From NCBI GenBank assembly GCA_951406725.2, contig OX597818.1, forward strand, positions 144,646,001 through 144,710,000: 64,000 bases of DNA, given 5' to 3'. This DNA is from Octopus vulgaris (taxonomy: Eukaryota). Each line of letters starts with the position of its first letter. The first letter of the stretch is position 1. Positions 1-13,022 of the stretch are shown piece after piece. The notes beneath the pieces were generated by a model. The model was not told the origin of the DNA and ran no database searches. It saw only the letters and a list, made by a program, of their open reading frames with translations. Made by a program: the position numbers and the translations under genes.

Positions 1-900
1 TTTCATCTGACTTGCACTGAGATTTGGCTTCTTCCAAAGTCTCATAGAAGTCATCAGTCTCCACTTCTCAGCTATTTGCTATGGGTGGTTAAACAACTAT
101 GATGGCGATGTTAAATAGCTGTCCATGCCATTTGACCAGCAGGACTTTTTCACTTATTGTTCAGTAGCCAAGGGCACATTTTGCCCTGTCAGGATCTAAA
201 AGTAGTCCTACGCCTTTTTCATGTTTGTTATCACCTTTATAAACCATCTTGAAACGATCAATGATGAAGTAACCATTATTTGCTTACCTTGTTCCATTTA
301 TGATGTTTAGTCTCATCATCTCTTGTTTAACAATTTCAAGCTTGCTACTTTGATATAAAGGTCTCATATTCCAGGTTCCAACTCTAATGGTACTTCTGTT
401 GCTAGCAATAGTTTTCTGACACTCAGGACCCACCTGCTGCTCATGGGATACCCTACTGAGTGAGGAGTCATCCTCATTAGACAAACAAGCCCCACTTGAT
501 GCTGTTATTTTTCAGCATTGATTTGCGACTATTCATGAGTGTTCTTGGGAATTGTAAGGTAGTCATGTGGTTTCCCTGCTGCCTTCTTCACTGCAGCATG
601 ATGGTCACATCTAGGGTTACCAGAATGCCTGCCACTTTATCAAGATCTACCGTTGACCATCACTCAAGGATCATCTTCTGAGACACTTGTACTGCATCAC
701 TGCTGCCTGGTGCAGGGCATTGCTAGGCCTATTTAAAGGCAGCCTATACTCGCCCTGCCACTGCAATATCCTTGTGGATATGCTGTTTTTGGTGATCCTG
801 TTGGTGCTACCCAAACAGCATCTGGCCCCTTGTTGCTGCTGTAGCTCCCCTTTCAGTTGTCTTTTACAACATACAGAGGATGCATGGGAGGTATTTTTTT
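1..900 (-). mobile_element. RTE-type LINE remnant (5' UTR and AP-endonuclease N-terminus), running off the window
   Basis: Minus strand STIRVGTWNMRPLYQSSKLEIVKQEMMRLNI...KHEKGVGLLL...VETDDFYETLEE, with stops and frameshifts. Confidence 0.8.
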
Positions 901-2662
901 AAAGGCCCATCCCCAAGCTAAAACTCTTCATTCTTTCATTTCCCCTCTCCCACATTTCCCTGCCTTCTTTTGCTCACTTTCCCTCCTCTTTTCACTTTGT
1001 CCCTGTCATTTTTTCTCGCCTCTCCTTAATTCTTCTGTCCCTCTACCTCTACCTCTCTCTCTTCTCTCCCCACGTGACCAGTGTTCGGCAAAGCCTGATC
1101 TTTCTTTCTTGGTTCGGTTGTCCATGCAACATCTATATTCCTCCCTGTGCCTATGAAATCTTGTAACCCTGCTGTAAGGCTTTATTTCCACACACACCAG
1201 CTTAATTTAATTCATCGAAAGACACCTGTTGTTATATCCTGTTATTTGTATTTGTGTAACATTCTCCGTTTTTTCTCCGTCCTTGTTTTGTATACATTCG
1301 CTGTTTTCTTCCAAGGAATCTAATGCACTTAGCTTAGTTTTTCCTTGGGGCAGGCCAGATAGGAGCAATCTTGAGTATTATCAGCTGAAATTGCAAAGAT
1401 AATCTGGAACTCGACTGAGGATAGAAAACTCCGAATGACCCATCCTTGTTTCATTTGTATCGTTTATCTGGATGTTTTGCATTCTTGTCCCATTTTGTAT
1501 TTTATATACATATATATATAATGCATAATAGATATATACCCACACCCCTACACACGACTGCTGGCAGAGTTGTCAAAGCAGTAGATAGATTACTTTGCTG
1601 TAACTTTTTTAACATCTTGTGATCTAAGTTCTAGTCCTGTGAAGGTTAACTTTACCGCTCATTCTTCTGGGGTTGATAAAGTACCAGTCCTATGGAATCA
1701 GTTTTTCTGTGTATGTGTGTGTAAGTGTATGTATATGTATGTATGTAGGTGTGTACCTACATGTATATATGTATGCTTGTTTGTGTGTGTGTGTGTAGTA
1801 GAAAGGAAAATGTAATGACTAATGGGACAATGGTAGACCTTTCATAAATGTATTCATTTCTTAGTAAGATGGGTAATTTTTTAAGAGACCCTTTCATTTT
1901 ATGTTCTGCAGCCAACATATAACAAGTCTTTGTTAATCATCTCAGTTAGATCACAAACTAGAAATTATACACATTTTGCTAAAAACACAACAGTAATTAT
2001 AAGACATATTACCACAATAATTTCCCTCAACACATTTGGCAACAAATGTGTTGAGGGAAATTATTGTGATATTTGTGGAGAGGGTCACCCAACATGTTAG
2101 AAATGTCCCTCAAATTACATCCAACTCTTTACAAAATATGTAAGATACTTTGGATAAAGTAGTCTTAAATACACTGTTTGAATAAAAGTTGAGCAGGAAT
2201 GCCTAATCAGCTTAATCGTTATTGATCTGGAATTAAGTCCCATTCATAATTGCTAGCTTTGATAATCCTGCTGGCAAAGAAATCAACAATACATTTTCTG
2301 ACTGTAATTGGTCCTAATTATAATCATTACAACAGTAATAATAATGACACAATCATAAACATCAACAGCTATAACCCCATTAGTTCACAAGTGAACATGA
2401 TACAGTCTCTCTGTAGTAGCTCAACCTACGAGAGATAATAGCCAAATCTCCCTCCATCTTGGAAAAGTAAAGGACACACTGGATAATGTAATTGTAGATA
2501 ATGTAATTGTAGATACTCTTAAAGAGATAGGATGATGGTCATTACTGGGATGTCTTTGATCATAAGTCTACTCAATGAAGGTGACTTGGGATTAAACAGC
2601 ATCAACAAAAACCAATCCTACTCATTTAAAAAATATTTTAAAGAGCATCTTAGTAACTTGGA

Positions 2663-3343
2663 CAGTGATGTATAGGCATTGCGGAACATCAGCGCCCCCT
2701 ATTTCCACTCGATATTATCAATAACATTCAATATAATGAGTCCTTTTTTTCTTTAAATCTTTCTTAAATTTGTACACTATATAATCCTTAAGCTTAATAC
2801 CAGTAGCCATCCCCTAGTCTATGAAAAAAATACAAAAATCCTTCTATAGAACTGTGTGCTTCACAGTTCCAGTGACCTGATGTTTGGCTGTTGTGTGCAT
2901 ACTCACATGTCTGAGATAGGAAGCTTCACACTAGGGAGAGAGAAAGAGAGAGCACTGCATAAATGACAGTGCCGGGTGAAAGGGAGTGTTTCTTTTTGAC
3001 TCCACATGTGTTGTGCTTAAAAACGTGTTTATATTCTTGAATGTGATAAAGTGTAGAGTTAGATTATTATCCTGCTTCCAGCTTCAGTGTTGCTGCCAGG
3101 ATTTGAAAAATAGGGCACATTCCCCCCCTTATTTTGTGATTTAGGGGGGATTTTTGAAAAACGAGGGGAAATTCACGGCGACCAAATTAAACACATTACA
3201 CAGCAGTGGCTAAAACGCGAACCAATCAAATTCATGTATAAATTTTCTTTTTATGTTTATTTTCTTTTACACAATAATGAAAACAATGGCTAAAAAATTT
3301 CTGAAGTTGCACCCCCACTAATTTTATCTATGAGCCATCACTG
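2663..3343. mobile_element. Old non-autonomous hAT-like element
   Basis: Termini CAGTGATG/CATCACTG; flanks AACTTGGA/AACTGAGA resemble a decayed 8-bp TSD. Confidence 0.4.
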
Positions 3344-4350
3344 AACTGAGAAGTGCTTCATCTTCAAACAGGCTTTATTTGATTATTTTCTTTCAAAGTA
3401 TAAATGTCAAAGACTATTACAGATGCTGACATGGCTCGTGGTTATTTTGAGTTGTGGTTTCAGGTTCAGTCCCACTATAACATTGAGCAAATCTCCCTTA
3501 CACTAGCCTTGTATCAACCCAAATCTTGTGAGTGAAATTAGGTTGACAGAAAGTGTGCATTAGTCCAACAACTAGTCTGTATCTGTTCGTGGAAGGAAGC
3601 CTTAATCTGTTGCCAGTTTTTACACCTCCACATATTTGGTTGCTTTTAATGGACTCCAATCTCTTTGAAAGATTCAGACTATATCTCTAGATAGGGGGTA
3701 TCAAGACGTTCCTACTTTTCTTCCATGTCTCTCACAGACCCTATAAAGAAATAATGCTGCTCTTTTACCTCTGACTAAACCTTATGTAAAAAAAGAAAAA
3801 TGAAATGTGTAACATTATCTAAAACAGTTAAAAAAATTCAAACACTTACATGGAATTTCTCATGGCAATTACTATAGAATTTAGGCATATTTACCCATTT
3901 GCAGCCATTAACTGTTCTGGACTTAGAACATGGATTCATAAGGTACCAGCTCAGGCTTACATGAGAAACAAAATCACTTTACTAAAAAACTAATTTCACC
4001 AGATTGTACAAAATTGGCAGACAATTATGACTTGTAAACTCTATTCCACTCTTAAATGGTTATTATTTCTAGAAGGCCATGTGACCATGTAAGTAGCTCT
4101 TGCATTGGCTTCTTATACAGATTTTTCTCATTGGACAACGAAGCCACTCCACTGAGTTTTGAATAGTATGTTTTGACATCCATTGTCAAACATCAAATTT
4201 CTTTTTAAGGCACCATTTTACATGACCTTATATTTTACACACTAACAGTTAAATCATCCTAATGACATAATTGTACATATTTCGAGGTTTTTTCAATCAG
4301 AGCACACTCTACCTACACAACAACAATATATTCACATGTATCATCTATTC

Positions 4351-4395
<45 letters not shown>

Positions 4396-4397
<2 letters not shown>

Positions 4398-4830
4398 TGC
4401 CGGTGGCACGTAAGAGAACCATCCGTTCGTGACCATTGCCAGCGCCGCCCCGACTGGCCTCGTGCCGGTGGCACGTAAAAAGCACCATCCGTTCGTGTCC
4501 GTTGCCAGCCTCGCCTGGCCCCCGTGCCGGTGGCACGTAAAAGCACCATCTGCTCGTGTCCATTGCCAGCCTCGCCTGGCCCCCGTGCCAGTGGCACGTA
4601 AAAGCACCATCTGTTCGTGGCCGTTTTCCAGCTCCGTCTGGCACCTGTGCGGGTGGCACATAAAAAGCACCCACTACACTCACAGAGTGGTTGGCGTTAG
4701 GAAGGGCATCCAGCCGTAGAAACACTGCCAGATCAGACTGGGCCTGATGCAGCCTTCTGGCTTCACAGACCCCAGTTGAACCGTCCAACCCATGCTAGCA
4801 TGGAAAGCGGACGCTAAATGATGATGATGA
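4396..4830 (+). mobile_element. SINE 3' part with internal ~62-bp tandem units and RTE-type (GAT)n tail
   Basis: About 4.5 copies of gccggtggcacgtaaaaagcaccatccgttcgtg..., then gagtggttggcgttaggaagggcatccagc...catgctagcatggaaagcggacgctaaatgatgatgatg; same family as 24590-25083. Confidence 0.8.
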
Positions 4831-5036
4831 TATATATATATATCTGTCTACAGCGAGAAATTTTCTCCCTGAGAAAATACAGTAAATGGCTTTCTTACAT
4901 GTTTGAATATGCCTCAAGCATATTTGAACTGATAACAACTTTGTATTTCTACACATCACTACTTGGTGCTTTCATTCCATATTTTATTTACAGTGAGTTG
5001 CTGACTTGCACAACAAATCATAGCACAGCCATTGTT

Positions 5037-5132
5037 AGTTTGCAGTGTCTGCTTTTCCAGTTCCTGGTGCTGAAGAAGAGATAACCACTTGGAAATGCTT
5101 GCATCCAGGCTGGTCAGGGAACACTGCAAACT
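5037..5132 (+). ncRNA. Type I hammerhead-like ribozyme (partly decayed) in a partial tandem repeat unit (4843-5250)
   Basis: CTGAAGA 5070-5076; GAAA 5092-5095; stem III TGC-TT-GCA; TC site; CCTG/CAGG and CCAG/CTGG pairing; perfect 12-bp outer helix AGTTTGCAGTGT/ACACTGCAAACT; stem II imperfect. Confidence 0.6.
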
Positions 5133-5989
5133 GACTCCATATGTTTATACCTATCTGTCTACAGCGAAAAAAACTTTTCCATGGCAAAATACAGTGAATG
5201 GCTCTCTTACAGGTTTGAATGTGCCTCAGGCATATTCGAATTAGGAACAGGTTTGTCTATCTATCTGCCATCTGTCTGTCTGTCTATCTATTATATACCC
5301 ATCATCATCAATATCATTTTACTTCTGCCTTTCATGTTGGCATGGGTTGGATGGGTTTCCTTCCTAACATCATCCATTTTATAGAGAGTACCAAGAGTAT
5401 GCTATTATGGCACCATATAAATGTGTGTGTGTGTGTGTCTTTCCATTGTACTGACAAGTATGTATTTGTGAAAATATATGTGCATAGGCAAGCATGGATT
5501 AACCTTGAAACAAAACAAGCACTTCTTTAGGAACCAAAGTGAAGGGGTCATTACTCTGTTTTACTTATGTTGTTTTTACCATTTTGCGGCTGAATATGGA
5601 CCCCATAGAAAGTGTTGAAAATTTTTTTCTTTTTGTTGCTGTTATATTAGTCATAACAAGCAATTTTGAATATTAATTACTAATATTTAGTGTTAAATAA
5701 ATAAAATTAAATATAAACAGGTTATATTTAATACAGTTGTGGGGTCTGGTCTGGGGGAAGGACCTGGAATAAAACTGAATTTTCAATCTGTTATTTCACA
5801 TTCAACAATTATGTGTTAATGTGTTGTCAGTTAAGCAACTGGAAGGGTCAAAGAAGCCCCAGTGTTGGGCTCTGTTTAAGGCTTCAGCTGTTTTCATCTG
5901 GCTTTGTGGGAATTAGGTATGCATGGAAGTTTTCTAAGATGGTTTCTTTGTTTACTTGTTTACTTATTAGCTACTTCAGTTAATTATTA

Positions 5990-6295
5990 TACTCTTTCAC
6001 TTAGCCTATTACATTAACCCCTAACTTATTATATTAACATCACATTACTGGCAGTTTTCATTCAGCCTTTCACACTAATCTCAGATTTAGACAGTTTTCA
6101 TTCAGCCTTTCACACTAACCACACATCATAGGCAGCTTTTATTTAACCTCTCAAACTCACCCTACATTATAGGCTCCTGTCACTTAACCTATAACATTAA
6201 TTTCATATAGGCAATTTTTATTTAGCCTATTCCATTAGTTTCACATTATAGCAGTTTTCATTCAGCCTATCACATTAACTCTGCATTAGGGGCAA
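5990..6295. repeat. Degenerate minisatellite, ~33-35 bp unit
   Basis: Recurrent gcagttttcattcagcctttcacactaac-like units. Confidence 0.6.
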
Positions 6296-6577
6296 CATTT
6301 GAGTTTTGTTTTTCTCTTGATTATAAATATAGATACTCAAAATAACATTTATGTCACTGTTGGCGCTCATTTTTGTTTCAGACTCTGGGTCTCATAGCAA
6401 CACATTATTAATTCTTATTTTTGGCCAATGATTGAATAGTCCTAGATCCCCCTTGATGTTTAGTCATCAGTTTCTCTTTGGTTCTCTTCATTTTTCTATT
6501 ACTGCCTGGATTCCAGTATAACAGTTAATTAGTGGGTCTGATGGAGTAATATTTAGCCATATCAGATGTCTTTTGCA

Positions 6578-6951
6578 TGTAGCGGCACAAGCAGCCAGTG
6601 CCATATTGGATGAGATCTCGCGACAGCCATTGCCATCTCCAAGACTGGAGAGAGACCTCACCTGCATCCATTTGCCACAACGAGGCTTGCGATGGAGAAA
6701 GCTATATAAAGGGAAAACCTTCTTCAAATTCCTCTTCTTCGGCGCCACAACACAGCAACACCTGCTGAACAACACCACTGGCTATGGCTTTCTGCCTGTC
6801 TATCTCCAGAGGCAATTTTGCGCCCACACTAACGGAGCTTAAGATGGTAGCTGAGAGCAGCACATTTTCACCTTTCCTGTAAATAAACCAGTTGCAAAAA
6901 GCATTTATGCTTGAAGTCTTTTCTCTTCGCCTGCCAGAATCCTGAACTACA
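6578..6951 (+). mobile_element. Probable solo LTR
   Basis: TGTAG...CTACA termini, TATATAAA at 6703-6710, AATAAA at 6882-6887, higher GC than the flanks; no clear TSD. Confidence 0.55.
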
Positions 6952-7184
6952 TAAAGAACAAGAAGATGATGGAAGGAAACGATATTCTTCCAATATCGTA
7001 ACCTTGCCTTCCATTATTAAATGCAGATATTACTGGAAGTAATATTAAACAGTCCTGTGTACTGTACCTGTCTTTATTCCAGACATAATGTACTTCAGAA
7101 TACATTATTCTATGCACCCTTCTGCTTTTGTGATTTGAAGGAGGTTTGATCACTATTTATAGCATATTGGGAGACTGTGTAGAG

Positions 7185-7381
7185 CAGTGGTTTTCAACCA
7201 GGGTTCTGCGGAACCTTAGGGTTCCGCAAGAAGTTACAAAATTGCTAAAATCGGCAGTAATTTTTAATTCTCCTGTGCAGATATGTTTGCATAAGACTAT
7301 TAAATTATTGCACCGGGGTTCCTCGAGCCAGTGGAATGTTTCCTTGGGGTTCCGCTCCAGCAAAAAGTTTGAAAAGCACTG
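7185..7381. mobile_element. hAT (Charlie-type) MITE
   Basis: TIRs CAGTGGTTTTCAA/TTGAAAAGCACTG; perfect 8-bp TSD GTGTAGAG (7177-7184, 7382-7389). Confidence 0.9.
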
Positions 7382-8383
7382 GTGTAGAGGCTCTTTTTCT
7401 GAGGGTTGCATTAATGGTTTTTGTTGTTGCTTGATCCAGGGCTTACCATGATTGAGCAAATTGCATCAAGACATTCTAACTACGAATATCCTGTCGTTTT
7501 GTATATCAGATATGAATGGAAGATGCAAGTTGGGTAAGTTGGTAGTGTCTTTAACTGGCAATGAAAGACAGCTACAATGGTGACAAACCAATGAAAAGTT
7601 GAGATAATGCAGGGGAAAATGCATACTTACACACATACATGTATGCATGCACCCATCTGTTCATCCACACACACACACACACACACACACATACATACGG
7701 TGTGTATTGAAGTATACTTCTATATGTTTGCACACATTAACTACACAATTATTTGTTAGATGCTGAAAAAAGCGACACACATATTTATATATGCATGGCA
7801 TGTATGTGTGTATTATTACGTATAATTGCATTATTTGTTCTAAACTATGCGTAATTAACGAGCAAGTAGAGAGAGAGAGAGAGAGAGAGAGTTATTGTAG
7901 TTCCACTAGGTCATAGAAAGGAAGCAAAAATGCCGATTTCGTTCAATGTACTGACGTGTCGCCACCACTTTGTGTGTGTGTGTGTGAGTGAGTGTGTGTG
8001 TGTGTGTGTTACATGAACACTAATAACAGCTGTTACTTTAGTTTTTATATCCTATTTTGCCTGTTGTTCTAAAAACCTATTTTTGTCAAATCAGTAAATA
8101 ATGTTGCTCTCTGAACATACTGCATAAAATATAAATATATTATTCCCCTTTCTGTTTTTATTTACTAATCAACATGATATTGTTCTCATTAAGTCCTTGA
8201 CCAAGACAAAAAAAAAAACAAAAACACGCAAAAACAAAGTAAAATTCTAGAGTGAAATAGGAAAAAAAACACAAATTTTCTCCTAGTGAAGAATTGCAGA
8301 TTTTGTGACTTTTTTTTTTTCGCATTTGGACCCTAAAATACATGTCATTCAGCCAAGGAAACTATTATTACCAGGTATCCAGG

Positions 8384-8448
8384 ATGAACATTGACGATTA
8401 TTTCAGTGATAAAAACAAACATATTCAATTACCATGGGAAGATACATG
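8384..8448 (+). CDS. PICK1: Candidate first coding exon of PICK1 (MNIDDYFSDKNKHIQLPWEDT + split Trp codon)
   Basis: ATG at 8384, open 65 nt, strong donor TG|GTGAGT at 8449. Its phase 2 matches the 1-nt overhang of the 12322 exon, and it lies in a locally CpG-retaining region. The peptide only loosely resembles the usual acidic N-terminus. Confidence 0.6.
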
Positions 8449-11400
8449 GTGAGTAAGGAAACAAAACTAAACAAACTCAAAGAAAAGTTACTCTAGAATT
8501 TCTCTTTTCGTGCTAAATTATTTGTTTCGTCTGCTGAAAACCAGACAAAAAATAGGAGTCATTTTGCGCATTAGAATGGTATGAAAGGGTTGGTGGGCGC
8601 AGAAATTTAAAAGAAAATCTGCCCTATTTTTGGAAAAACGATTTAGAATGAGTTTCTCTTTCTGAAACAGATGAATGCTTAACAAATGAAAAAGGAGGGT
8701 GTATCCGTTCTTTTTTCCCACTGAAACTCGGGAGTTTGAAGGTAGAGCTTTTCAAAACTCCACCGAAAATAAGTTTATTGTCACTAAGTTAATAATTCTA
8801 AGGTAGAATCTGCAGATTTGTGTTTAAAAAGCCTAAAAGGAAAGGACAATTCTACACACTTTTAATAGTGACTAGGTTAACAATCGTTGAAAAAGTTTGG
8901 TCAGAAACAACAAGTTTTCATCTCTAACAACTCGTAAAATAGTTTTTAAGTTGATAATCCGTAAGTTTTTTTTTAAATAAAAAACTACGAATTATCATCG
9001 TTATTGTTATTTAACTGGAGGTCAACCTTAATTAAACAAACCTATGAACGAAAGGCTTTGCAACACGACCATCTCATTTTTTAAGGGAGTACATTATTCA
9101 ATGTATTCATCCTTGTATAATATACGGTGAGGTTGATTTGAAGGAGATTTGGCTGTTATTTCTCGCAGGTTGAGCCAACCGCATTGAAGCTCCCTCGTTA
9201 GACATAAACACCAATGATTGTTGATTCTTTATGGCTGGGGAATGTGAAAGTTTTGATGTTCTTTTTCCCCAAAACAGTATAAAGCTTATGAATCGATATC
9301 ACGTTTTGAAACTATTCTTTACAGCCTGTTATATCCTATCTTTACCTGCTGCTTGTGCTTGTTAACTTACCTGCTTAAGTAAACATTAACCACTTTCATA
9401 TATATATATATATTACGTTGAACTCTTTTACAGCATGCATTATTTAGTTACGGCTCTTTATGTTGCGAGTTCAAATCCCATCCCTTCAACATCGATAAAA
9501 TAAAGTACTCTATTAGATGGCGTTTAAGACACTTTTCCCAGAAAGACGCCCCATAAATCACCCCGTGTCCTATATGTAAGTTTGGGCCTCCCATAAGCTT
9601 TAAGGCACTAATTTGTTTTTCGTTCTGGAATATATCCTGTCAAAATTTGGTGCGTCGAATTTGTCCATGCATCTTTTATGCCATCAAATACGGCACTAGT
9701 CTGGTAATGGGGTCTATTTAATCGACTACCCCGTCCTACCATCGGCCACTAAATTTTCAGGCTTTGCGTCTATATTAGACATAGTTGAATTTATCTTTAA
9801 TTCCATTGCTCCCTAAATGATAGGAAAACCAAGTTGGGGAAAATGCCATGTTGATGGAGAATGAGGGTGTGAAGTTCAAAGGTTACACATGTACTGCGTT
9901 GTCTCACACTTAATTAAGTTCTATTGTTTAATATTCTTCGGTTAAATAGGGTTCTAGCAGATACAAAACAGAAAATCCTTTGTCTAGCCTAACCTAATTT
10001 ACTTTAAAAAAAATATAAATACTGAACCCGAATTCGGTTTTTCCTTCTTTCTTTTGGCACTGATGTGAGGGTCAATACAACTCTCACCCCCTCTATTGGT
10101 CTATACAGATAGGTAGACCTTCTTACTCGCTCTCCTTTTCCCACCAGTACCTTAGCAGTTATTCACAGAAGAAATTAACAACCTACAAAATGGATAACAG
10201 AACTACAAACAATCTGTGAACAACAACAACTCAAAGAATTTGTATCTTACACTGTAACGATAAAAATAAAGGGCCATTTCAGTCAACAATATTTTTCTTA
10301 TTATTTATTTGATGCATATAATTCATCACAATTTTGCTGACCCCTTGCTACATATTATCATTACAAATGTTTTGTCATTTACTTGTATGTGATCACCAGT
10401 TTCCAATGATGTGAGTGGTTGTCCTACATGTTGGTTATAATGTTCCTTTATCAGACTTTGGTACTTAGCATGTCCACCCTGAACATCCAATAGATTTTTT
10501 TTGTATGTGGCAGAAGTAATCACCTTCAAAAGGTCTTCCTTTGTTACTGTTGTCTATTCCCGGTTGTAGTTGAGTAAGACAACAATGAAAGGTGTTCAAA
10601 TTGTGATAACCATATCATTTGTATATCAGGACCTATATAGTTCAATAAAACCTTTATTTAAGACAGTAAAATATGATTTGTGAGTTCTGGCTACTATTTT
10701 CTGCAGATTAAGTGACCATCTCTTAGCTCCCTGTTGAACAAAACAGTTAATCAATCAACAACCCTTCTTCTGTCTTACATTTTCTATTTCATATCTTCAG
10801 AATAGGTGGCTGAACTTACAAACTACTTAATTTATTATTTCAGTGAAGGGGTTGCCTTTAAAGACTGAGTTTGGGCTTATTTACAAAGGGAGGGTGGATA
10901 GAATGGGTGGGGTTTTTTAACAACACATCTTCATACTGATACACTAACACTATTATTAAATTGGCAAACTCCCAAGGCATTCTGTAATGTGTCTGTCACA
11001 TTCCCCCTTTCTTGCCTTTGTGACAATAATTAAGAAATCATCATCATCATCATCATCATCATTATTATTCATTACACTCTGAGTTCAAATCCTGTAAGGG
11101 TCAGTGTTGCCTAAAATATAGCACCAGTCAAGTACTAGAGTTGTTAGTCTCAACAGACTTCATCTCCTTAAAATTACTGGCCTTGTGCCAAGATTTGAAA
11201 GAATGATGATTGTTATTATTATTAACATAGCAGATCTGGCAGAATTGCTCGTATGCTGGGCGACATGCTTAGTGGTATTTCATCTGAATGTATGTTCTGA
11301 GATCCAATTCCACTGATGTCGACTTTGCCTTTCATCCTTTTGGGATCAATAAAATAAGTACCAGTTGAGCACTGAGGTTGATGTAATTGATTATGCCCCT

Positions 11401-12986
11401 CCCCAAATATTTCAGACCTTGTGCCTATCGTAGAAAGAATTAGTATAATTATTAAGGTAGTAGATAGGCAGAATCATTAGAGCATCATAAAAAATATTTT
11501 CTGGTATTTGTTCCAGCTCTTTACATTCTGTGTTCAGATCCCTTCATGGTCAATTTTGCTTTACATCCTTTCAGGGTTGATAATATAAAGTACCAGTCAA
11601 ATACTTGGATCAATAATATAAGGAACCAGCGAAATCCTGGGGTTGATGGTATTGACTAACCTCCTCCCTTGAAAAATTGCTGCCATGAGTATCAAGTAGA
11701 GACAATTATTATTATTTGGGTGGCGTCTAAGTCGAATCATTAGAGTGTCAGACAAAATCTCTCGTGGTATTTAGTTATGGTTCTTTACATTCTGAGTTCA
11801 TATCTCTCGGGGGTCATCTTAGCCTTTCATACCCCTTCAGTCAATATAAAAAGAAAACCAGCCAAGTATTGGGGGTTGTTGATATCAGTCAACCTCTTCC
11901 CCTAACAATTACTGACCTTGTCTCCAATCTTTTATATGAACCCTCAGTGATTAATAAAGAAAAGATTATTATTATTATTATTATTGAGTGTGAGAACAGT
12001 GCATACCATGAAAGTGACACTGGGGTACAAATATATGAAGCCTAAGAAGATCAGAGGCTGTATGAGCCAGTGCCTGGTATTGCATTATTATTATTATTAT
12101 TATTGAGTGAGAGAACAGTGCATGCCATCAAAGTGACACTGGGGTCCCAACATGACTACTCATCTGATAATGGTACACCATGTACAATCATAACCATATG
12201 TGCATGATATGCTGCCTGGTACTGCATCAGAACATTTATTATTGTTGTCGTTGTCGTTGTTGTTGTCATTGTCGTTGTCATCATCTAAATATATATATAA
12301 TGAATGCTATTTCTTTTCCAGGGGCATGACTGTGAGTTCTGGTTCTGTGACGCTCCAGAAAGATGCCCAGAATCTCATTGGAATTAGTATTGGTGGAGGT
12401 GCACCTCTGTGTCCCTGTCTCTATGTGGTCCAAGTGTTTGACAACACTCCTGCAGCAAAGGATGGCCAGTTAGCGTCGGGTGATGAAATTGTTGGCGTCA
12501 ATGGACAGACTGTTAAAGGGAAAACCAAAGTTGAAGTTGCCAAAATGATTCAGGCCATCAAGGTAAGTTCTAAGCTATTCAAAAGAAACCACTTGTAAAT
12601 CCATGTAGTAGTAGCAGTAGCAGCAGCAGCAGTAGCAGCAGCACAGGGTGTTGATGGTGGTGGAGGTGATGTTTAGTCCTGGTGGTGGTGGGGTGTCTTG
12701 ATTGAGGTGACCTGCGACCAAAAGTATTGCAGGTACGCTTAGTTTGCTGTCTGCTCCATGGTGCCTTTACGTAAGGTCCAATCTATTGCAAGCATTCATG
12801 TAAAATCACTGATGTGAGAATAACTTTCTCCCTCCTTATCACCAATCTCAGAAGTCCTAAAAAGGATTATGGGTGTTGACTCCTCTCTCTTTGACTAAGA
12901 TCATCATCATCATCATCATCATTATCATTATTATTATGATTATTAAGCTTATTATTATTATTATTATCATTATTATTATTATTATG

Positions 12987-13022
<36 letters not shown>

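Noticed and set aside
10326-10600. Possible LTR-retrotransposon integrase C-terminal remnant
   Set aside because: Only a vague resemblance (KEHYNQH..PLTSLETGDHIQV); too degraded to call.
12200-12321. Leu/Ser-rich signal-peptide-like extension of the PDZ exon ORF
   Set aside because: Translation of intronic (TTG/TCG) repeat upstream of the splice acceptor at 12320-12321.
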